Below, one piece after another: positions 43,134 to 56,493 of a stretch of 64,000 bases of DNA. The first letter of the stretch is position 1. Each line of letters opens with the position of its first letter. Location of the stretch: contig OZ024746.1 of the NCBI GenBank assembly GCA_964016885.1, positions 29,512,001 through 29,576,000 on the forward strand, given 5' to 3'. This stretch comes from Eledone cirrhosa (taxonomy: Eukaryota). The position numbers and the translations under genes were made by a program. The notes under the pieces are model-generated. The model worked only from the letters and a program-made list of their open reading frames with translations, ran no database searches and had not been told where the DNA came from.

Positions 43134-43623
43134 CGGAGGGCCGATTCAAGGAGCGTTTCCTGAACCACCAGTCTACCTTCAGATACCCGGACAGACGTTC
43201 ATCCACGAAACTCGCGAGCCACGTATAGGACTCAAGTATAGGGTACTCCATTCAATGGAAAGCCATCACTAAGTTCAAGCCATACGCAAGGGGAAATCCG
43301 ACGTGTGGCTTATGTATTGACGAACGAATAACTATCCTAAAGAGATTACGCAATAGTGATTGCCTAAACACGAGAAGTGAATTTTTCACACGTTATCCAC
43401 ACGTCACCAAACATCTATTACATAACTACAAGGCTCCGGACTGATTCTTTGCAATTTTATTTTTAAATTTTTTTATTTTATTTTCAACCAAAAGACTTTC
43501 CGGACTTTCGCAGTTATCTCCCTTACACCCCCCGCACGCAGTTTACTATTGCCTGTGTGAAGTGACCGAGTTTCTGCGCATTCGCGTTCGTACGGTTGTT
43601 CTTCCTGTTCCTATAACCATATA

Positions 43624-43671
43624 CATCCCGAGCTGAAGATCCGCGAAGGTGAAACAATTGTTCTCGGTATG
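43624..43671 (+). ncRNA. Type-I hammerhead ribozyme family P, intact core
   Basis: Stem I CCGAG/CTCGG, CTGAAGA, stem II CC/GG, GAAA, palindromic stem III ACAATTGT, GUU site. Confidence 0.8.
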
Positions 43672-43695
43672 GTGAACTAACTGTTGTGTAACCAC

Positions 43696-43732
<37 letters not shown>

Positions 43733-43835
43733 AATGAAGTAATTCCATCGGAAAAGTCCAGGAAAAAAGCGTGCTCTATGTAGGCAACAGAGCTTAATTA
43801 TTATTATTATGTAATAAACAACATAAGGCAATTAT

Positions 43836-43893
43836 TCCATTTACCAGTGGTTTTTTAAAAGCAAAAGGTTTTGCTTTCAATCCTCAGAATGAA
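43836..43893 (-). ncRNA. Hammerhead family A, mutated core (G12 to A)
   Basis: TTCATT-CTGAGGA-TTGAAAGCAAAACCTTTTGCTTTTAA-AAAA-CCACTGG-TA-AATGGA. Confidence 0.7.
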
Positions 43894-44186
43894 AAATCCT
43901 GGTTTGTTTATTGAATTTGGATTCTAAAAGCAAAAATGCAATCTATATGAAAGTGAGGCTGGAAAAGGGAAAAGGAAAGGAAAAATAAAATAAAACTACA
44001 CATGCAAACACACACACAAAAAAACACAAAAGCATACTTACACACACATACATATATACATATATATAAATGTACGCATACATATATACATATACACATA
44101 TATATATATATATATAAAACATACACCTACACACACATACACATATATACACACATATACACATACATACATTACATACATACATT

Positions 44187-44217
<31 letters not shown>

Positions 44218-44262
44218 ACACACACACACACACACACACATACACACACACACATATATATA

Positions 44263-44310
<48 letters not shown>

Positions 44311-44732
44311 CACACACATACACACACACACATGTGTGTGTACAAGCATACACATACACAAACATAGCCATACACACACACATATATATACACATACATA
44401 CATTCACACAAACATACAACGTACATACATACACATACATGAATGCACTCCTCTACATATTCACACACGCAAATAAATATAAGAAAAAAATATATAAATA
44501 TATATTAAAAATTTTTTGACGCCGATACATGCCCCAGCTAACAGGACAGACACGCGTGATAAGTAATACACACAAAAGCACATATACATACGTACGAAAT
44601 AGTAAACACATACACACACTCTCACACATAAATATACATATACAAATACATAAACACGTACATACACAAACACGCACACGTATACAATATAAACACACAT
44701 ATGTATATGTAATTATATACACACACACACAC

Positions 44733-44778
<46 letters not shown>

Positions 44779-44909
44779 CACAAATATAAAAATATAAACG
44801 CACACACACACACACACACATATATATACGTAAACACACATATACATACATAGCTAAACAATTATACACATGCAAATACGTATATATCAAAAGCACGCAC
44901 AACCAAATA

Positions 44910-44949
<40 letters not shown>

Positions 44950-45000
44950 TAAAAATAAATAAATACACACGCACACATATACATACATACATATATATAT

Positions 45001-45038
<38 letters not shown>

Positions 45039-45188
45039 GCACATACACGTACACATACACACATGCATACACATACACACACACATATACATGTGTGTAT
45101 GTGTAACGCTCAGTATTAGATAAGACAAACGAACCTTACATAAACGTATATATAGTAGTAAAGTAATAAAGCAACACAAGGCAATTAA

Positions 45189-45246
45189 TCCATTCACCAG
45201 AGGTTTCTTTAAAGCAAAAAGAGTTTCCTTCAATCTTCAGATTGAA
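45189..45246 (-). ncRNA. Hammerhead family A, diverged copy (GUG at site)
   Basis: TTCAAT-CTGAAGA-TTGAAGGAAACTCTTTTTGCTTTAAA-GAAA-CCTCTGG-TG-AATGGA. Confidence 0.65.
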
Positions 45247-45321
45247 AAAAAGCCTGGTTTATCCACATATACATACATATACACACACAAATATACAATT
45301 ATATACACACATACACACACG

Positions 45322-45389
<68 letters not shown>

Positions 45390-45625
45390 AATATATACAT
45401 ACATATATACATATATATATATATACATATATATATACACACAAAAATACATACACATAGGTATGTGAAGGGCAAAACAAAAAGAATATATGGGGGGGGG
45501 GGCATAAGAGAAGGTAAAATATAAGGGGAGGTAAGGGAGAAAAAAATGTTGTAAATATACAAGAGTACAGAAGGTAGAGTCAGCAAAATAAAAACCGTAG
45601 CAAAAGTAAAGAGCAGGGAAGGAGT

Positions 45626-46216
45626 TCAAGGCGGTTGATTTCTCATAGGAGTGTCAATCCAGTTACAGATCAGATGCGATTTCAGATGAGGACAGCATCT
45701 GAAGATCTCAGTCTTTGAGTTAAGGCAAGAGGAAGTGGCTCTCAAGTTTAGCAAAATCCTATACTTTTCTGTGGTGCACAAAGAACAATTCTTTGTGCCC
45801 CTTTGGTACTCCCTCGAATGGTCTAATATAGACCAATCAATAGAGTACGGGATATTACTATCCTTGAGATCCCATACCTTACTTGCGAGGGCCGTTGATG
45901 TTCGTTTATCAGAGTGCTTAAAATAAGCGACATGTGAGTAAAATCTGGTTTTAAACCTGTCCTGGGTCATACCGACATATCGTTCACTCCTGGCTGGCTG
46001 GTTGTTGATAACTGGCGTTATCTTAGCCTCATAAACGACAGATTTTGTGTTACATTTACCCTGCAATGGGCACTCATCCGGCTTCCTGCAACTGCATCCT
46101 GGATTTATCCTCGTACGGTTTGAACTGGTGATTTTAGACTTCATGGATGGGCAACAAGAGTAGCTGATCTTAACTACATTCCTATTAAAAATCTCATAAT
46201 ATTTTGTTCCATGCAT
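45626..46216 (-). pseudogene. PLE C-terminal linker + GIY-YIG endonuclease, uninterrupted but 5'-truncated
   Basis: KISYSCCPSMKS, CSCRKPDECPLQGKC, VVYEA..RYVGMT..FKTRFYSH, CSLCTTEK, CLNSKTE..CPH. Confidence 0.9.
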
Positions 46217-46383
46217 TTCCACTTTCTCTTCTTTTTCTTCCTTTTCTTCGTTTTCTATCTTTGTTTCTGTTTTCTCTCTTTCTTTCTCTCTGTGTAAAAT
46301 TTTTTCACTGCCAGCGTAAACCTCTTCAAATGAAGTCGGTGGTATAACGGTATGTCGAATCTATTTATCTATAAAACTGTTTA

Positions 46384-46458
46384 TATTGTATTTTGTCTGA
46401 TGAAGGCATAGCATATTGTTAATATGATATCCCCGAAATATATATAATGAAATAAATA
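46384..46458 (+). ncRNA. Type-I hammerhead family H
   Basis: TATTGTATTTTGT-CTGATGA-AGGCATAGCATATTGTTAATATGATATCCCC-GAAA-TATATA-TA-ATGAAATAAATA; stem I pairs, stem III is a TA palindrome. Confidence 0.75.
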
Positions 46459-46582
46459 TGGTTTTATAAATATAGTTTTCCATTTATTTAATATTGTAAT
46501 ATACTCCAAATATTTGTCGAGTGCTTTTATATCAGTTATAAATATTTACTAGTTGTAACCCAACAATTTTAAATATAACTTT

Positions 46583-46642
<60 letters not shown>

Positions 46643-46702
46643 ATATATATATGTATGTATGTATATGTGTGCGTGTGTATTTATTTATTTTTATGTATGT
46701 GT

Positions 46703-46763
<61 letters not shown>

Positions 46764-46893
46764 TATTTGGTCGTGCGTGCTTTTGATATATACGTATTTT
46801 CATGTGTATAATTGTTTAGCTATGTATGTATATGTGTGTTTACGTATATATATGTGTGTGTGTGTGTGTGCGTTTATATTTTTATATTTTTGC

Positions 46894-46930
<37 letters not shown>

Positions 46931-47054
46931 AAGTTATATTTAAAATTGTTGGGTTACAACTAGTAAATATTTATAACTGATATAAAAGCACTCGACAAAT
47001 ATTTGGAGTATATTTACAATATTAAATAAATGGAAAACTATATTTATAAAACCA

Positions 47055-47129
47055 TATTTATTTCATTATATATATTTCGGGGATATCATATTAACAATAT
47101 GCTATGCCTTCATCAGACAAAATACAATA
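47055..47129 (-). ncRNA. Type-I hammerhead family H (antisense copy)
   Basis: Reverse complement of 46384-46458. Confidence 0.75.
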
Positions 47130-47254
47130 TAAACAGTTTTATAGATAAATATATTCGACATACCGTATTCGACATTACTGCTAGCGTAAACCTCTTCAAA
47201 TGAAGTTGATGTTTATTACGGTATGTCGAATATATTTATCTATACAACTGTTTA

Positions 47255-47329
47255 TATTGTATTTTGTCTGATGAAGGCATAGCATATTGTTAATATGATA
47301 TCCCCGAAATATATATAATGAAATAAATA
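47255..47329 (+). ncRNA. Type-I hammerhead family H
   Basis: Same sequence as 46384-46458. Confidence 0.75.
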
Positions 47330-47367
47330 TGGTTTTATAAATATAGTTTTCCATTTATTTAATATTG

Positions 47368-47406
<39 letters not shown>

Positions 47407-47887
47407 ATATAATTACATATACATGTGTGTGTTTATATTGTATACGTGTGCGTGTTTGTGTATGTATGTGTATGTACGTGTTTATGTATTTGTATATGTA
47501 TATTTATGTGTGAGAGTGTGTGTATGTGTTTACTATTTCGTACGTATGTATATGTGCTTTTGTGTGTATTACTTACCACGCGTGTCCGACCTGTTAGCTG
47601 GGGCATGTATCAATGTCAAACATTTTTTAATATATATTTATATATTTTTTTCTTATATTTATTTGCGTGTGTGAATATGTAGAGGAGTGCATTCATGTAT
47701 GTGTATGTATGTACGTTGTATGTTTGTGTGAATGTATGTATGTGTATATATATGTGTGTGTGTATGGCTATGTTTGTGTATGTGTATGCTTGTACACACA
47801 CACGTGTGTGTGTGTATGTGTGTGTATGTGTATATATATATATATATATATATTATTATTATGTAATAAACAACATAAGGCAATTAT

Positions 47888-47945
47888 TCCATTTACCAGT
47901 GGTTTCTTAAAAGCAAAAGGTTTTGCTTTCAATCCTCAGAATGAA
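47888..47945 (-). ncRNA. Type-I hammerhead family A, intact
   Basis: Reverse complement of 47993-48050. Confidence 0.82.
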
Positions 47946-47992
47946 AAATCCTGCTTTGTTTATTGAATATGGATTCTAAAAACCTAGGATTT

Positions 47993-48050
47993 TTCATTCT
48001 GAGGATTGAAAGCAAAACCTTTTGCTTTTAAGAAACCACTGGTAAATGGA
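47993..48050 (+). ncRNA. Type-I hammerhead family A, intact
   Basis: TTCATT-CTGAGGA-TTGAAAGCAAAA-CC-TTTTGCTTTTAA-GAAA-CCACTGG-TA-AATGGA; long stem II, GUA site after 48044. Confidence 0.85.
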
Positions 48051-48149
48051 ATAATTGCCTATGTTGTTTATTACATAATAATAATAATTAAGCTCTGTTG
48101 CATACATAGAGCAATCTTTTTTCCTGGACTTTTCCGATGGAATTACTTC

Positions 48150-48217
<68 letters not shown>

Positions 48218-48560
48218 TATATATATATGTGTGTGTGTATGTGTGTGTGTGTGTATATGTGTGTGTATGTGTGTGTGTGTATGTATGAATGTATGTATGT
48301 GTATATGTGTGTATATATGTGTATGTGTGTGTAGGTGTACGTTTTATATATATATATGTGTATATGTATATATGTATGCGTACATTTATATATATGTATA
48401 TATGTATGTGTGTGTAAGTATGCTTTTGTGTTTTTTTGTGTGTGTGTTTGCATGTGTTGTTTTATTTTATTTTTCCTTTCCTTCTCCCTTTTCCAGCCTC
48501 ACTTTCATATAGATTGCATTTTTGTTTTTAGAATCCAAATTCAATAAACAAACCAGGATT

Positions 48561-48618
48561 TTCATTCTGAGGATTGAAAGCAAAACCTTTTGCTTTTAAG
48601 AAACCACTGGTAAATGGA
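48561..48618 (+). ncRNA. Type-I hammerhead family A, intact
   Basis: Identical to 47993-48050; GUA site after 48612. Confidence 0.85.
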
Positions 48619-48651
48619 ATAATTGCCTTATGTTGTTTATTACATAATAAT

Positions 48652-48707
<56 letters not shown>

Positions 48708-48711
48708 TCAC

Positions 48712-48778
<67 letters not shown>

Positions 48779-48885
48779 GTGACTTGTTATTTTTCTAGGC
48801 CGTTTCAACAAAAATTAGCCTATATATATATATATATATACATATATACGATATTAAACAAATGGAAACTATATTTATAAAACCA

Positions 48886-48960
48886 TATTTATTTCGTTAT
48901 ATATATTTCTGGGATATCATATTAAAAATATGTTATGCCTTCCTCAGACAAAATACAATA
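48886..48960 (-). ncRNA. Hammerhead family H variant (CTGAGGA core)
   Basis: Left arm of inverted repeat 48847-49012 / 49084-49250. Confidence 0.7.
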
Positions 48961-49135
48961 CATAAGCTGTTTTATAAATAATTAGTGACATACCTTGTAA
49001 TAATGCAACTTCTTCTTCTCATCTTCGTTTTTCTTTCTATATAACTGTCATAACAGTTTCACTACCAAATCAACTTTTTAAATGGAAGTTGCATTATTAC
49101 AAGGTATGTCACTAATTATTTATAAAACAGGTATG

Positions 49136-49210
49136 CATTGTATTTTGTCTGAGGAAGGCATAACATATTTTTAATATGATATCCCAGAAATATATATAAC
49201 GAAATAAATA
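49136..49210 (+). ncRNA. Hammerhead family H variant
   Basis: TATTTTGT-CTGAGGA-AGGCATAACATATTTTTAATATGATATCCCA-GAAA-TATATA-TA-ACGAAATA; G-U in stem I becomes G-C relative to the other H copies. Confidence 0.72.
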
Positions 49211-49335
49211 TGGTTTTATAAATATAGTTTCCATTTGTTTAATATCGTAAACCTACTCCAGAAACTGTTGAGTGCTTTTATTTATATCAGTTATAAAATA
49301 TTTACTCGTTAAATAAAACTTTTGCATATATACAC

Positions 49336-49378
<43 letters not shown>

Positions 49379-49921
49379 AAGAGAGAGAGGTATAAAGAAA
49401 ATTAGTGGAAAATCGTGCCCAAGCTCCATTATTCGTATAAGAGCATTGCATTTCACAAGAGTATTGCATTTCACTAAATGAAAGGAGAGAGAAGTAACAT
49501 GTGACAGGTAATGATATATTAGTAAAATTATACGTACGACGTAGTTATGCAACTCAGAACGTCGATTACCCAAACACGTAAATGAAGACTAACCTTGAAC
49601 ACAAGCAAGATAATAACCAAAGGCCTATACTCGAGCTTGGACATTTATAGCCCGCAAGGATGTGTTAGAATACGCATGTTCTTTCTACCTCCTCCCTATT
49701 TCCCGTTAAACCAACCACTAACCTGCACCCCTATTTCCCCGTAAATCTATCACCGACCTGCACCAACCACTGCTATTGAGAAACAGACGTTATCAAAATG
49801 CAGTCGCTATATTACCTGGTTTCTGTATAATGGTTTCTTATATAAGCACAAGGCCAGCAATTTTTGGGGAGGGGAAGTTGATTAAATCGACCCCAGTGCG
49901 TGACTAATGAAGTCGTAGACC

Positions 49922-50580
<659 letters not shown>

Positions 50581-50621
50581 ATATTATATATATATATATT
50601 ATATATATATTATATATATAT

Positions 50622-50687
<66 letters not shown>

Positions 50688-50695
<8 letters not shown>

Positions 50696-51350
50696 ATGCT
50701 TTGGGAGGGTCATGTTGCCAATAAGAAATACACGCACCAGTTGCTTTCACTTCAATTTATTATAAATTAAATTTATTAATTTAAGAATTTATAAATTTCG
50801 GGTTGGTTGGTTGGTTCCGCAACCAGACGATTGTTCATATATTGTCAAAGTTCTTTCGTCACACATTCTGTGACCTCTTCAGTAACTGGGGATTCTTTTC
50901 TTTTCTTTGTTTTTGTGCCTCTCCTTTGTCCTGTCCTACGTCATCTTGTTATTGTGTGTGTTGTGTGCTTAGTTTGCGCATGTGTTACATCCGGGTGTCT
51001 GTGTGTGTTTATATTTGTTTATTTATTTGTTTATTTACATGTTACTGGTTGGTTGTTTGTTCTATGTGTGTGTGTGGTTTCTTTTTGTCCTTAATTGTAA
51101 GTTGTTATGTTGCTATTCCATTCATGTTTTCTATTTAATTTTGGTTGGAGTTCATTTATGTTTATTGCCTCTGTGATTTGTCTAAACATTGCGTCTTTTC
51201 TGTGTGTAGATTCTATTTTTATTTCTATGTTCTCTATAAATTGAAGTGAAAGAAACTGGTGCGTGTGTTTCTTATTGGCAACATGACCCTCCCAAAGGAT
51301 AACAATATCGGTTTCAACACACGTTTTCAGATAAAGAATCTTGCTAACCG
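50688..51350. mobile_element. Non-coding element with 73-bp inverted ends, in (TA)n
   Basis: 50688-50760 mirrors 51236-51308; related to 51378-52370 (shared ATTGTTAT.CTT.GG.GGGTCAT start). Confidence 0.75.
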
Positions 51351-51377
51351 AATTCAGAAAAGAAATATATATATATA

Positions 51378-52365
51378 TATATTGTTATACTTGGGGCGGG
51401 TCATATTTGTGTAATAATATTGCCAGAATTAATAACAGAACACACTCACTGTTTGGTTGGTTTTCGCTTCTGTGTCTTTTATATCGGTTAATTTAATTTA
51501 TTCGGTCCTCAATGTTGCCATTGACTGACCAACGATCAAAAATACAGATACAATATAGACACAAACACATATATATAGTCCATCAAATTCTTTCGTTGCA
51601 CATCTGCAACATCGTCAGTGGTGCTATTATGTTCCCTCCCGTTGCATTGTATGCCTACGCCATCTTTATTTAGTCTGTTTATTTATTTATTTATTTGTTT
51701 ATTTTTTTGTCTTCTCTGCGCATGCGTTTGCGTGTGTGTATAGTGTTTTGTTTGATGTGTGTTCTTGTTTGGGTGACTGTGTATTGGTTAATGTATTCTA
51801 TCTTAGTTTACTATTGTGTGTTCATATGTGTTTGTTGTTATTGTGCTTGTGTATGTATTTATTTATTTATTTATTTATTTATACTTCTCTTAGGTGCGTG
51901 TTGTTTGTTTGGGTCTTGTTGTTAATCCATTCATTATTTCTGTTTAGCCTTGGCCTTCTAAGTTCTATTTCGCTAGCCTCTCTGATTTGCCTATCTGCTG
52001 GGTCATTTCTATTTTTAGATATTATTCTAACGTCTATGTTGTCTATGTTACCGTTGTGTTGTTGTCTGGAATGTTCATATAGTACTGACGATGTTGCAGA
52101 TGTGCAACGAAAGAACTTTGATAGACTATATATTTGTGTTTGTGTCTATATTGTATCTGTATTTTTGATCGTTGGTCAGTCAATGGCAACATTGAGGATC
52201 GAATAAATTAAATTAACCGATATAAAAGACACAGAAGCGAAAACCAACCAAATAGTGAGTGTTTTCTGTTATTAATTCTGGCAATATTATTACACAAATA
52301 TGACCCTCCCCAAGTATAACAATATTTGTTTCGACACACGATTTCATATAAAAAACCTCGCAAAA

Positions 52366-52370
<5 letters not shown>
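51378..52370. mobile_element. Non-coding element with ~240-bp inverted ends, in (TA)n
   Basis: 51379-51619 mirrors 52084-52325. Confidence 0.8.
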
Positions 52371-52410
<40 letters not shown>

Positions 52411-52502
52411 ATAATAATAAATTTGAAGACTAAAATCCAAAGAGGGCTCGATAAGGATAAATATATATCAAATATATAAGAACCGTAGAGCAAATATTTA
52501 TT

Positions 52503-52553
52503 AATTTCAGAAGATCCCGTTAAGGGTGAAAGCACCGATTCTTTGCTTAAACT
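52503..52553 (+). ncRNA. Hammerhead-fold motif with CAGAAGA core (family Q)
   Basis: AATTT-CAGAAGA-TCCCGTTAAGGGT-GAAA-GCA(CCGATTCTT)TGC-TT-AAACT. Confidence 0.6.
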
Positions 52554-52736
52554 TTAATCTGTTATTTTAATAAATATATATATATATATATATATAATTG
52601 GTTATGGATTATTAAAGCATCCGTATGCGGTAGGCCGTATGAGCACTAGATGCTCTCATAGAGGAGAGTATGATACCACAGAAAAAAAGAGAATCACTGT
52701 TGCGACGAATGGAATTTATTGGACATATTACAATTG

Positions 52737-52806
<70 letters not shown>

Positions 52807-55800
52807 CATGTACTCACCTCAAACTGCCAACATATATATGTGTATGAAAATAAACCGCCGTTTCAAATGAATTTGAAATCATGTATGCTTGGCAATCATG
52901 CTCATCAACCGTCAATGCACCATATCGTAAAGTTTAAAGAACCCGGTATACAATTCATTCCAGCGAAGCGAAAGGAGATCAAATCACACACACTCTTCAA
53001 CTAAATGCTTGAAAAATAGCGGTTAAGTCGTAAATACAGATTTTAAACACACACACACTCACTCACACATACACATACACATACAGTGTAAACAGTTCTA
53101 AAATAGGCAAATTACCTCAGAATATATATTATAGAAGCCAAAGATGTTGCACCATGTGACTGAACCTGAAATCATATATATATGTGTGTGTAGATATATA
53201 TTCCACTATTTCACATTTTACGCTAAATTATTTCTCATTAAACAGTTAAAAACCTACCCTCAACAGCCGAATTAAGTGGTTAATATAACATTACGCCACC
53301 CTGCTTTTAACAGTATGCCACCCCATCTACCCTATATATATCAGGAAATGTCAGAAGGATGTTCTCTCGTTCATACGTCTTTAGGGTCTCCGATTGCCGA
53401 AATATAAAGTGAAATAATGTTACTGCGTTAACATTCGTTCCTCTTTTGTGTGTGTGTGTGAATGGGGGGGGGGGTTGCTTTTACACTTTTGCTTCGAATT
53501 CTCACTGTTGAGTCTACTTCAATCTTTTTAAAAGTAAATAATGTAAGAATATAAAAATAAATATAAAATGAACATTTAATAAATTGACAGGAATTCACTT
53601 AAATATGATATGGTAATATCATTTTAGGAACAGAGCTTAAATACTGAATTAATTCGAATAATAATGATTTTTACAGAAATGGAAAATTTAACGTAACATT
53701 TCACATGCATCAGCAACAACAAAGACAAATAAATAACTAAGTAAATAAAACTATTACAGCAGCAACAGCAGCAGCAACAACAACAACAGTAAATACAACA
53801 ATTATTCTATAAAAATCCTCAACTGCAACAAAACATGCTATCATATTATGATTGCTGTTATCGTTATTATTGAAATTATTTATATTATTACTTTTATGGT
53901 TGATGATAATAATAATAATTATTATTATTTCTACTATTTTTAATAATAATAATAATAATAATAATAATATAAAGAAGAAGAAAAAGAAGACAAAAACAGA
54001 AGAAAAGAGAAGGGGGAATGTAGAAAAAGAGGAAGAAAGTGGTAACAATGGAAATATGATATATATGAAAGCGGATTTATATGTAAAAAAATCGATTTCT
54101 GTTCGAATGTTAAGAGCACGTTAAAGGCACTGTGTAATAGGCAATGATTTAAGATTTGAAAAGCAATGTGAGTTTACATCCGTCTTGCCTAAAATTGAAC
54201 TTCCCCACCACCATTTAATGGAAATTGGTATTAACGCGGAAACACTTAGTGATTTAATATGCTAAAGACATATTTCTGAATTTCAAATACAGCTCTTTAA
54301 ATGTTAAATAGACACCCCTTATGTAACAATGATTTGGCATATGAAAAATGGCTCGTCCAAGCTTTACACCCATTAGCCTGTTTTGTAGCTGGCATAAGTG
54401 AGGGGGGGGGGATATGTATACTATGCTAATGAACAATTCTACATACATATATACATACAATTATACTTATACTTTTATTGCTTTACTGTTTTCAGTCATT
54501 AGACAATGACTAATAATTGGACATCGCGTCCAACTTATTTCTTAAAGTCTGCTATGTAGTTTATCGTTCTCTATTCATCGAAGTACTAAGCTAGGGGACA
54601 TAAACAAACAGTATGCGTACACAGAGACGCTCACACACCTGTATGTATACGAAGGGCTTTGCACAGTTTCAGAATACCAAATCATACAAAAAAGTAATTA
54701 CCGTTATATACGAAGACACTTTCATAAGTTGGGATTTCTTCAGGAATGACACAACTAAACCAGAGATCAGCTCGACTAGTTTACATGGAGGTGGCTCGTC
54801 CGCAAACAGGATGTCTCTCTATATTAGCTGTTTTATTTTGTAGACACTGCCAGCAAATATATTGACATGCATGTGTTTCAAGTCAACGCATGTTACTCAT
54901 AATCTTGACAAGAATATATGCAGTGGAAGTGTACAGTAATGAATATTATTTACGTTTGTGCGATGCAAGCAACATTTTATTTGTACTGGTGCCTCGTTAA
55001 AATGTACCCGGTACACTCTGAAAGTGATGTACGTTCGAACAGTACCAACGAAAGTCCGAGAAAAACCGTTTAGTGTTACCAAAGACATGACACTCTCTAG
55101 TGCTGATGCCATGACAAATAATTATCTAGTACTTTCTTTAAAGGGTTTGATGCTGGGAAGGCCGGTCAGAGCTAAATGTTATGCAAAAATTGGAAGGTTT
55201 CTGGTCATACATGGTTCTCCGTCCTGTCTAGGAGGATATCGGTCCGAATAAGAACTAACTTAGTCTGAAACCACCTGTCCAACACATGGCAACACGGAGA
55301 GCAGGTATAATAGGCTGATGGTGAAAACACACACACACTCACACTCACATACACACATTCACATACATTCAAGCACTCACTTATATTCACAAACACACTC
55401 TTATACACACACTCACACTTACATTCACACACTCACACACATTCCCAAAATCACTCGCACACACTCACACTCACTTGCGCGCATTCACTCATACACACTC
55501 ACTCGCACTCACTCACTCACACACATTCACTCAAGCCACACTCACACACACCCACTCAATACAGTTACATGGGCGTACGTATGTATACAATTTAGAATGG
55601 CATAATATTTATTTGATCTTCAGAGTAACTATTCATCTGCTCCTAGCCTTTTATTATCTTTCGTTTGTTACCCCCCCCAACCCTATTACCAGCCCCACCA
55701 TTTAGATAATCACTACCACGACCACCATCATCATCACCACCATTTTCATCATCATCGAAACAAATCATCGTCCTCACAACCCCACCATCATCACCATCAC

Positions 55801-55962
55801 CACCCTCCATGTCCTTATTAACATCTCTGTATAAATGTATAAACGGAATAATTGATAAGTTTCACTACTTGATCAGAGAAACCTGTTGGAATAATAACAG
55901 ATGCAGTATAATCTAGAGGTTGACAATACTCACTCCCCAACATACACACACACACACACACA

Positions 55963-55994
<32 letters not shown>

Positions 55995-56017
55995 ACGTGT
56001 GTACGTATGTATATATG

Positions 56018-56048
<31 letters not shown>

Positions 56049-56062
56049 GCATATATATATGC

Positions 56063-56094
<32 letters not shown>

Positions 56095-56105
56095 GCATAT
56101 ATATA

Positions 56106-56162
<57 letters not shown>

Positions 56163-56173
56163 GCATATATATA

Positions 56174-56219
<46 letters not shown>

Positions 56220-56243
56220 TATATATATATATATATATATATA

Positions 56244-56295
<52 letters not shown>

Positions 56296-56385
56296 TATAT
56301 ATATATATATATATATGCATATATATATATATATATATATATGCATATATATATATATATATGCATATATATATATATATATATA

Positions 56386-56493
<108 letters not shown>

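Larger units (their letters stand above)
41130..43700 (-). mobile_element. Penelope-like retroelement, 5'-truncated with inverted pseudo-LTR, inserted in (TA)n
   Basis: Arms 41195-41772 and 43122-43700 are reverse complements; RT and GIY-YIG remnants lie between; (TA)n on both flanks; 65-bp extension 41130-41194 on the 3' arm only. Confidence 0.92.
43733..48655 (-). mobile_element. Second PLE: endonuclease end with long microsatellite-rich 3' region and its inverted copy
   Basis: Left 43797-45010 is mirrored in order by 46633-46900, 47390-47850 and 48200-48655; EN ORF 45626-46216 lies between the arms. Confidence 0.8.

Noticed and set aside
45626-46222. Host GIY-YIG nuclease gene
   Set aside because: Begins mid-linker at a truncation, is homologous to the PLE at 41452-43133, and is followed by an HHR-bearing 3' region
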